A DNA stretch of 64,000 nt from Octopus sinensis (lineage: Eukaryota), in NCBI RefSeq assembly GCF_006345805.1, contig NC_043005.1:18414001-18478000 (forward strand), in the 5' to 3' direction. The position numbers and the translations under genes were made by a program. Shown piece by piece: positions 54,627 through 64,000 of the stretch. The notes beneath the pieces are model-generated. The model searched no databases. It saw only the letters and a program-made list of their open reading frames with translations, and was not told where the DNA came from. Every line of letters starts with the position of its first letter. Position 1 is the first letter of the stretch.

Positions 54627-55073
54627 ATTTGTTAATGTTTTCTTCACAGTTTTCTATGTCTCGTCAATTATGTCAGCAGCGTTCTGCTGTTGACGACACG
54701 AAAATGAGTAATAGCCGATAATGGTGCGAAATTGTGAGGATTGGGAAGATTGTAAGGATAACTGATGAGGGATGAGCATGTTACTTGTTTTCAGTCTGTT
54801 TTTCTCATGTCGACCTTCTGTGAAATTCATATTCTCCTCCTCCTCCTCCCCCCTCTCTCTATCTCTCTCACACACACACACGCTTTCTGTATAGAATTCC
54901 AATTCATTAGATATGTGAAATTCTGTGCATCTTTCTCCGTATAATTTCTGAATAGATTCTTTATTTCAAATTCAAATTTATAATCCCACCAGATATTCTG
55001 AGCAAAGGATTATCTCCCTTGTAATAACTGCCACCACGATGTGTGTTTGTGTGTATGTATGCATATATGTATG

Positions 55074-55122
<49 letters not shown>

Positions 55123-55123
<1 letters not shown>

Positions 55124-56407
55124 GAGGGGCGTCCAATAAGTAATGCCTCTGACCCACTTGCAGTTGTTTGATCTATTTGAAAATTTACATGTGCAATTAT
55201 TTATATCTCTACAGATTAAGTGGCAAATGACAGCTCTGAACTAATTGTGGTTTCTGATATACAGGTGTTTGAACTGAGTCAAGTGTGAAATGGAGCCTGT
55301 TGAGTGTCGAGCAGTGATCCGGTTTTTGTATTTGAAAGGTCGCACACCACGGGAGACTTTTGATGAAATGAAAGTAACTTATGGTGATGATGCCCCATCA
55401 TATGGCCTTGTAAAACGCTGGCATCGTGAATTCAAACATGGTGGGAACTCTGTGGAAACAGCTCCCAGATCTGGTCACCCCCTTCTGTCATTGATGAGGC
55501 ATCTGTCCGTCAAGTTGAGGCTGCTATTTTGGAAGATCGACGCATAACTATTCGCCAAATAGCCCATGAGGTCAAGTTTAGTACCGGGTCTGTGGAAACT
55601 ATCATTCATGACCATTTGCATATGCAAAAGGTGTCTGCCAGATGGATTCCCAGGCTGCTCACACCTTTCCAGAAGCAAGAACGCGTTGAGTGCTCGAGGA
55701 TGAATTTGGAGATGTGCCAAGAAGATGAGTCAAAATTTTTCAAAAGACTGATTACACAGGATGAAACCTGGGTCCATCACTATGATCCAGAGACCAAAGC
55801 CCAGTCAGTGCAGTGGAAGCTCCGTGACTCACCTCCTCCAAAGAAGGCAAGGGTGCAGCCCTCCGCTGGCAAGGTCATGCTCACAGTCTTCTGGGACCAG
55901 GACGGAGTAGTGATGACAGATTTTCTGGCAAAGGGTACCACAATTACAGGAGCCTATTATGCTTCACTTTTGAGGAAATTAAGAGAAGCTATCAAAATCA
56001 AGAGGCGGGGCAAGATCAGCAAAGGCATCCTCCTCCTTCAGGACAACGCTCCGGTCTACAACTCGCGTGTCGCCAGATCAGAAGCACAGGCGTGCGGCTA
56101 TGAACTCCTCCCCCATCCCCTTACTCTCCTGACCTTGCACCTTGTGATTTTCACCTCTTCCTAGCCATGAAGTTGTTTTTGAAAGGAAAGCGTTTCCCAG
56201 ATGATGCTGCCTTGATTTCTGAAGTCGTGGTTGGAGGACCAAGCTGGTGTCTTCTACAAAAATGGTCTCCAGAGTTGCATCAAACGATGGGAGAAACGTG
56301 TAAATCTGAGTGGTTCCTATGTCGAAAAAGACTAATAATTGTGCCAAGTTTCGTTGCTCTACTGCTATGGGAAGTGCGTCAGGGGCATTACTTATTGAAC
56401 GCCCCTC

Positions 56408-56408
<1 letters not shown>
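55123..56408 (+). mobile_element. Full-length mariner transposon, copy 2, inside a (TA)n tract
   Basis: TIRs CGAGGGGCGTCCAATAAGTAATGCCTCTGACCCACTT / AAGTGCGTCAGGGGCATTACTTATTGAACGCCCCTCG; (TA)n on both sides. Confidence 0.95.
55290..56333 (+). pseudogene. Mariner transposase, frameshifted
   Basis: Split across ORFs 55290, 55529 and 56167; same family as copy 1 but with different lesions. Confidence 0.92.
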
Positions 56409-56468
<60 letters not shown>

Positions 56469-56511
56469 AATATACATGTATATATATGTATATATATATA
56501 TATAATATACA

Positions 56512-56549
<38 letters not shown>

Positions 56550-56602
56550 ATATACATGTATATATATGTATATACATATATATATATATATAATATATAT
56601 AC

Positions 56603-56649
<47 letters not shown>

Positions 56650-56680
56650 TGTATATATATATGTATATATATATGTATAT

Positions 56681-56730
<50 letters not shown>

Positions 56731-56793
56731 TACGTATATATATATATATATAATATATATACATATATATATATATATAATATATATAATATA

Positions 56794-56864
<71 letters not shown>

Positions 56865-56889
56865 ATATATAATATATATATATAATATA

Positions 56890-56929
<40 letters not shown>

Positions 56930-56930
56930 T
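56409..56930. repeat. Long imperfect (TA)n tract
   Basis: Direct reading. Many other (TA)n, (CA)n, (CT)n and (TACA)n tracts occur throughout the window. Confidence 0.95.
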
Positions 56931-57189
56931 TATCTTTGTAAGTGGATGGAGTGATGCAGCTTTGAGTGGGCATTTCCTGGTCGTTGTGTTTTTCTAGCTT
57001 TTTCTGCCGTCGACTGTCCCTGTATTCGATGATTATGCCTAAGGAAGAAAGAATTTAAGTCTCGTGGTTCGTTCTTGTTAATGCAAGCGGGGCAACTTAA
57101 TTTAGTGACTCACAAGTTGTGCTTGGTGTTGATTCAGAATAAGTTGCTTCTGAGCTTCTATGATTTTATTTTGTTTTATTTATTTCCAG

Positions 57190-57300
57190 GATCTACATAC
57201 GAACAGCATTCAGATCGGTTTTGCTACCACATATGTAACAGCCGAACAGTTCATTTTGAATAACAAAGAAATGCGTTCCTTTTGTCATCCTTTACAAGAC
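57190..57300 (+). CDS. Candidate isolated internal coding exon (37 aa: DLHTNSIQIGFATTYVTAEQFILNNKEMRSFCHPLQD), product unknown
   Basis: T-rich tract ending TTTCCAG, 111 nt open in phase 0, donor AC|GTAATT, in non-repetitive sequence. No homology recognised. Confidence 0.25.
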
Positions 57301-57989
57301 GTAATTCGGATATTGTCTGTGGTCTTGTAGTATCATTACAACTTGTACTTCTACAGTTATTCCTACCGATCAGATATCGCTAAACATTATATCTGCACTG
57401 CCCAGTTGCTCAGTTTGCTCCAATAGGGTGACAACAAACCAGGACTCAGCATCATTTGCCGACGTCCTAGGCAATAACCCCTGCTTTGTTCTTTCCCAAA
57501 TATTGCGGAACCAGTTTGTGGACAGGCGCATCGCGTACAATTTGGCCTGTATTTATGCATCGTTTTCTGTTTAGAAGATGGCGCATAGAGTGTCATTTGC
57601 TCTCTCCTTCTCAGTCTCTCTCCCAATTCAGGAAATCTCCAATTTATGAAATTTCACTTAAAATATCTGCCCGAGGCCCTCTGCTGCTCTTTTTTCCTTT
57701 GGCAAATAAAGCTTGCACGATAGAAACCTATTACAACTTTCTTCTCAGGATCGCCTGCAGTTGATTGTAGAATAGTGATCCTAGTCTGATGATCAACATC
57801 TTTGCTACGGTATCAAAGTTTTAGTAAGACTTTGCATGCTGAGAAACATTCTACTTCTCAACATAGAAAATTATACGAGAGTATTCTCGCGCTATTCTAA
57901 AGCCAGACATAAATGCCTGGTATTCTTGATGATGTTAAACGTATTGGTATTACGCAAAGTTTTCTGTGGAAGTGTTATTTTTTATTCTC

Positions 57990-59010
57990 TGTTTTCGTAT
58001 GCTTGTATGTTCACTAATATATCTTTATTGCTTTTATATTTAACTTGGTGGTTGGTTAACTTTGCTTTTGTTACACCAGTTAGCCTTACATGTCAAGAAT
58101 CTACCTACTGGTTTACAGCAAGTAAGTTTAGATGCCAAGAACCCTCCTAAGTATCATTGCTGTCTCCAATAACACAATTTTCTGCAGCTGTACTAAACTG
58201 GATTTTATGCCTATTTCCTCAATCCATCTCTTCAGACATATAGATATAGTTCCTAGTGCACATAGAACGATTGGGATACATTTTACCCGCCCTTTCCATA
58301 GTCTCTGTAATTCAATGGCTAGGTCCTGGCACTTTGCTATTTTTCTATACCTCACATATTAATTTTTTTCATCATTTGGGTCTGTAGAGTCAATTATCTG
58401 GCACTTTCTATTCTCTTTATCTAGTACTACCAAATCAGGCCCTCTACCTTCTATTACTCTGTCAGTCTGAATGTTAACGTCCCACAACCTCATATATTTC
58501 TTACCTTCTAGTAATTTACTAGGTTCATGTTCATACCATTTATCAGCATGTTCAAATCCTAGCTTTCTACATAACTCCCAATGGATCACCGTCCCTAGAT
58601 TGTCATGCCTTTTCTTGTATTCTTTCTGCGCCAGTTACAACATTCACTTACTATGTGAGTAACGCTTTCCTCTTTTGATTTGCATAATCTTCATTGGGAA
58701 TCTACTTGATTTTTGTCGCTCTTGGCTTTTATTCAATTACCCCTTAATGCTTCATCTTGTGCACCTACTAACAGACTTTCTGTCTCCCTCTTCCCTTTCA
58801 GCAACCAAAGCCAGGTCTCACTTCTACTATTTGCTGCAACTATCTTTGGAAATCTATCATGTAACGATTTATCTTGCCAGTCAGATAATATCTGTTCTTT
58901 TCTCTGACTTTTAAATTCGTTTGGATTTTTGGTTTCTCTATATCTTGCTGTGACCCTAACAGCTTTTAATAAACTTTCTTCACTATTACATACGTAGGAG
59001 TTTATATTAA
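57990..59010 (-). pseudogene. Dong/R4-clade RLE LINE 3' fragment (older copy)
   Basis: LKGKRETESLLVGAQDEAL, IHWELCRKLG, WDVNIQTDRVIEGRGPDLVVLDK..CQIID, IPIVLCALG, ILRRVL; 5' side runs into (TAA)n. Confidence 0.9.
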
Positions 59011-59040
59011 TTCTTCTTCTTCTTATTATTATTATTATCA

Positions 59041-59132
<92 letters not shown>

Positions 59133-59135
<3 letters not shown>

Positions 59136-60475
59136 TAGTTTTATTTTTATAGCGTGCTTTCACTTCACTACCGAGCGCAGTATGGGTATGTGCTGTGATT
59201 TGTTGTGATGCTCTGATGGTTATTGTATGGAAGTGTTCTGCGTAGGATGTGTGCAGTGCCTAGTAGTGCAATTTTCTGTATGTTATATGTGTTTGTAAGT
59301 CCTGGTGTTTTTGTTATGTATTTGTCTGAATATTTTTTTATCATGCCTAATGCACATACTATGATAGGAATTGTTTCTGTTTTTAGATTCCACATTCTGG
59401 TTACCTCTATTTCCAGGTCTTTGTATTTTGAGAGTTTCTCTATTTCTTTTAGAGACACGTTGTCATCTGCCGGTATTGATACGTCAATTAGAAAGCATTT
59501 TTTTTCTTCATGATCTCTGACAACTATATCTGGCCTGTTGGCCTTTATTTCTCTATCTGTGTGTATCGGCATATCCCAGCGTATGGTTGCTTTCTCGTTT
59601 TCTGAGACCTTTTCTGGTGTGTGCCTATACCATCTTTTTTCTTTTGTTATTCCATAATATTGGCATAGATTCCAATGTATGTAGGTTCCAACTCTGTCAT
59701 GTCTGTGAATATATTCCTTCTTAGCCAGGACTAGGCAGCTAGATATAATATGATTTATTGTTTCTTGTCCATCTCCACATATTCTGCAGTTACTTGTTAT
59801 ATTTCTTTTCATTACATGCTTTTGGTAATTTCTGGTGGGGAGGCTTTGGTCTTGTGCTGTAATTAAAAATCCCTCTGTTTCTGCTTTGAGTCCTGAGCTT
59901 CTCAACCATTGCTGGGATTTTTCTTTGTCTATTTCTTTTGCGTTTAGTTTAGTCCAGTATTTACCATGAAGGGGCTTTTCTTGCCATCGTTTTATCATGG
60001 TTCGTTGCTATTCTATTTTTAGTTTGGATTTCATTTGTTTTATAGCTTTTGTTGTTTCTTCATCTTCTTCTTCTTCTTCATATTTATTAGGTGGTATGAT
60101 TTCTTGTTTGTATTTGTCAGCTTCCTTAAATACTGAGAACAGTTTTTTGTTTTGATCGTGTTTTGCCGCTATTTGTATCAGTTTTCCTTCCTTCTGAAGT
60201 AGATATTTTTGCAGTCCTATGGTGGTTATTTTATAGTAGTTTTCCAGTTGTATAAGGCCTCTACCACCTTCTATACGTTGTATATATAATCTTTCTATGT
60301 CAGATTTCTATTTCTGATATTTTTTTTGTGTTGAGAATGTATCTTCGTACGTTAGCTAATTTATTAGGGTTCATTGCTGTATCCAAGTTTATACTTATGT
60401 TATTTTCCTTCCATATTTTATATGTATGTGTTGTTGTGTTCTCATTTTTTGGGTAGAGCACTGCTGTCTCTACCC
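59133..60475 (-). mobile_element. Internally deleted Dong/R4-clade LINE in (TAA)n
   Basis: ORF 59168-59998 has CRIC..ETINHIISSC (CCHC) and RPDIVV..FLIDVSIP..EKLSKY (RLE). Upstream lies RLYIQRIEGGRGL (post-RT). (AAT)n tail; 8-bp hairpin at the 5' end. Confidence 0.9.
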
Positions 60476-60536
60476 AAATAATAATAATAATAATAATAAT
60501 AATAATTATTATTATTATTATTATTATATTATTATT

Positions 60537-60586
<50 letters not shown>

Positions 60587-60649
60587 TATTATTATTATTA
60601 TTACCATTATTGTTGTTGCTGTTGTTATTATTATTATGATCATTATCAT

Positions 60650-60775
60650 CATCTTCTTCTAGTTCTGTTTCCCTTTCTTGCTGTGTATCTCACTGAGAAC
60701 CTAGGGCAGAGGTCCTCACTGTATACATTGGTAGGACATTAAGATAAAGACACCAGATGGTTCATTTAGTAAGTC
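60650..60775 (-). mobile_element. 3' end of an unclassified trinucleotide-tailed retroelement
   Basis: Reverse complement matches 63320-63435 (TCTGGTGTCTTTAT.TTAATGTCCTACCAA.GTATACAG...CACAGCAAGAAAGG.AAA.AGAACT). Confidence 0.7.
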
Positions 60776-61002
60776 ATATAACAGAGAAAAAGGGGAGAAG
60801 AAAGCTGAGAGAAAAGTGAAAAAATACAAATTAAAATATATAAATTATACAAAGAAAATTATAGAGAAAAGAAGGAAAGAAAATTCTCAGAGACATCTAC
60901 TCTCTTCAGTAGATGTTGAATACCAGTCAAAACAATCTCTTGCACTTCCTGCATGGATGGTAAGCCAGAGATCATTCTATTCTTCTTCTTCTTCTTCTTC
61001 TT

Positions 61003-61077
<75 letters not shown>

Positions 61078-61127
61078 GCTGTTGTTGTTGTTGCTGTTGT
61101 TGTTGTTGTCGTCGTTGTTGTTGTTGT

Positions 61128-61325
61128 TAAGGCGGTTAGCTGGAAGAATTATTAGCTCACATGACAAAATTCTTAGTGGAATTTCGCCTGAGGCTACATT
61201 CTGAGTTCTAATCCTACAGATTTCGATTGTGCTTTTCATCCTTTTGGGGTCGATAAATGAAGTTCTAGTCAAATACGGCGGTCAATATAATCGACTTATC
61301 CCCTCCCCACAAATTTCAGGCCTGG
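61128..61325 (+). mobile_element. Old family A SINE, type-2 tail
   Basis: AAGGCGGTTAGCTGG...GGGGTCGATAAA...CCCCTCCCCACAAATTTCAGGCCT. Confidence 0.75.
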
Positions 61326-61329
61326 ATTA

Positions 61330-62002
61330 TTCAGGCCCCAGTGCTACTTGGGAGTTCTGACGGATAGAGACAAGTTCTACAGACACGGGGGTGCTGTCAG
61401 ATGGGCCTGTCGAGGATGTCCAGTGTCCGTGCATTATTGATTTGTGGAGTTTTGTCGAACCACTGTCATCACAGGTAGTGCAGATCCTGTTTATCAGCCG
61501 ATTCCAGTGTGAATTGTGAGGATCGCACCGCAGCCTTCTTTTGACCTGGAGGGAAAGGCAGTTTTCTTCCACCTGAAGACAGACACTTTCCTCTTCGGCC
61601 GAGCCCTCATAAATTTTTTCAAGTTCCACTTAAAAAGGAAAGTGAGATTAGAAAGTGAAGTACTGCACCCCCTACGAGTAAGTTTGTTGAAAGTTGGGAG
61701 AATGTCGCGAAAATGACTCGCGTGAATGCGCTTAACCTAAATATTCGTTTGTAAGCCGGAGCAGTTGAGGGCTTGAGGGGGCCCACCTGGCGTGCCCTTG
61801 GCATTCGGAGTAACCAGCGTGTGTGGGGTACCCTCTTTGGCCATGGGTGAAACTCTACTTATTGAGAAATGTTGTTAGATATTTTTTTCAATTATTTTTG
61901 CTATTTATTGTTTACACGTTTTCTGCTTTAAACCCCATGTGTCCCTTGTTTTTTACGGTCCCAATATGTTTTTGTGTTCGGCCCTTGTGGCCAATAAAGA
62001 AA
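61330..62002 (+). mobile_element. Tx1-type LINE ORF2 C-terminus and 3' UTR
   Basis: LKTDTFLFGRALINFFKFHLKRKVRLESEVL overlaps the RVERQVL end seen at 13675; ends CGGCCCTTGTGGCCAATAAAGAAA, then (TTA)n. Confidence 0.82.
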
Positions 62003-62032
62003 GGGTTATTATTATTATGATTAATGTTGTTG

Positions 62033-62087
<55 letters not shown>

Positions 62088-62146
62088 CATTATTATTATA
62101 ATTATTATTATTATTATAATTATTATTATTATTATTATTATTATTA

Positions 62147-62202
<56 letters not shown>

Positions 62203-62899
62203 CCTTGCATCATCATTATCATCATCATCCACATTGCTGCAGTTTTGTTCCTTTTTTGAGTGTTGACAAAACGTGCTTTCTTGAGCGGGTTTCGTGTGCT
62301 TAATAAAAATACATTGCTTCACTTCATAAATTCGATAATCTGCCTTTTTCTTTCTCGCTTGTGATAAATCTGTTTTCCTTTTTTAAGTTCTCACAATGCT
62401 TCTCTGAAAAGCAAAGTACCATCTTTTCAACACTTTACTTCAACTTGTTTCGCTTGCTCAAAATTCATAATAGCTTCTTGGAGTATCAGGAAGATGTCTC
62501 CCTAGGTTGTGTGGTACCGCAAACGTAAACTATCAAACCTTAGCTAGTGAAAATACTCGTGATTGGAAAAAGATAAAGGTTAATAACACCAAAAACATGC
62601 CAAAAATAATAATAGCTTTGCGATAGAAAACTGCACCGACGCTGATTTAAGAAATCGCAGTTAAAATCCAAGCTACAAAAATAACCTTTTCATTGTCATA
62701 GAGACACGAATAAATATTGGGGAAAATATTAGTAACTATAGAAACTGTTTTGCACCCGTTGCTAGACAAACAAAATTTCTAAATATGGATCTCAGTCGAA
62801 AAAGGAATCTGGAATGAGGTGTCGTAAAAGCGTGTGTCTCTTTGTCTAAAGAAATTTTTCGTTAACGAGCAATGAAAATTAGCATATCATGGCCTCAAA

Positions 62900-63435
62900 G
62901 ACCAGCTGCTTCTTTAATAGTATACGCTAAAAGGCAACTGAAAGGAGCCTTGACTGGTGGGATGAGCAGTGTCACATCTACCGACCGATACAACTGTAAG
63001 GAAATATTTTCCTAGTATTTAAGACCAAAGGCAAGGGTGGCGATCAGCACATCTTCACATGAAATCATACCACAATACATGCACCTGTACAATGACAGTG
63101 TGATTTCCAGTGGTACTGTTAGTGAGGTTGGCATCTGGCTCGTCAGATATGCAGCGCAAACATGCAGGCTACGGGAGGACATAAGTGACTTGGGTTCTAG
63201 AAGGGGCTGTGTGAAATTTCAAATCCTAATGGCTTACGAAAACGAGAGGTACATTCCAGAGCTATGCTTCATCATGGGCACAAAAACAAATGCAATGAAA
63301 CAAGCTATTACATGTTTTTGTAAATGGACCCTCTGGTGTCTTTATTTTAATGTCCTACCAACGTATACAGCGAGTCTCTCTACCCTAGGTGTCAGTAAGA
63401 CACAGCAAGAAAGGTAAATAGAACTGTAAGAAGAT
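62900..63435 (+). mobile_element. Unclassified retroelement 3' fragment with a (GAT/AAC/AAT)n tail
   Basis: 3' 115 bp match 60650-60775; the 5' boundary is uncertain. Confidence 0.55.
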
Positions 63436-63489
63436 AATGATGTTGATGATGACGATGATAACAACAACAATAACAACAACAACAACAAT

Positions 63490-63496
63490 AATAATG

Positions 63497-63533
<37 letters not shown>

Positions 63534-63607
63534 TAATAGTAATTGTCAAGACTGTGTACCTTTGTGAAAGGTTACGTCAATTCTTTTAAAAATATAATAA
63601 CAATAAC

Positions 63608-63644
<37 letters not shown>

Positions 63645-63745
63645 TAATAATAATAATAATAATAATAACAATAATAGTAATTGTCAAGACTGTGTACCTT
63701 TGTGAAAGGTTACGTCAATTCTTTTAAAAATATAATAACAATAAC

Positions 63746-63786
<41 letters not shown>

Positions 63787-63790
63787 TAAT
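63490..63790. repeat. 138-bp tandem duplication bounded by (AAT)n
   Basis: Identical 56-bp core AGTAATTGTCAAG...TTTTAAAAAT at 63538 and 63676. Confidence 0.93.
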
Positions 63791-64000
63791 AATAATATGA
63801 AGAAGAAGAACAAGAACAAGAAGAAAAGAAGAAGAAGAAGAAGAAGAAGAAGAAGAAGAAGAAGAAGAAGAAGAAGAAGAAGAAGAAGAAGAACAAGAAG
63901 AAGAACAAGAAGAACAAGAAGAACAAGAAGAACAAGAACAAGAAGAACAAGAAGAACAAGAAGAACAAGAAAAGACATGATGATACATTTATGGTACAAT

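Overview
Eukaryotic, AT-rich, repeat-saturated DNA. The repeat families look like those of an Octopus (cephalopod) genome; this is recognised from memory, not from a database search. No complete host gene is visible. The only host-gene signal is one candidate 111-nt phase-0 exon at 57190-57300, so the window is probably intronic or intergenic. Most ORFs in the track are microsatellite artefacts. Supported content: (1) three tRNA-derived SINE families (A, Deu/Nin-like core; B and C, CORE-like); (2) Tx1/L1-type LINE fragments; (3) Dong/R4-type RLE LINE fragments sitting in (TAA)n tracts; (4) two full-length but inactivated DD34D mariner copies, a decayed Tigger/pogo transposase, MITEs and two non-autonomous Helitrons; (5) a cluster of fold-back sequences at 44.4-47.2 kb with Penelope-type minimal hammerhead motifs; (6) several microsatellite-bounded tandem duplications. 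The most interesting pattern is that family-A SINEs form head-to-tail arrays with only two fixed junctions inside their own tRNA-like head. They also share their 3' tail with the local Tx1 LINEs, which suggests a self-targeting SINE/LINE pair.
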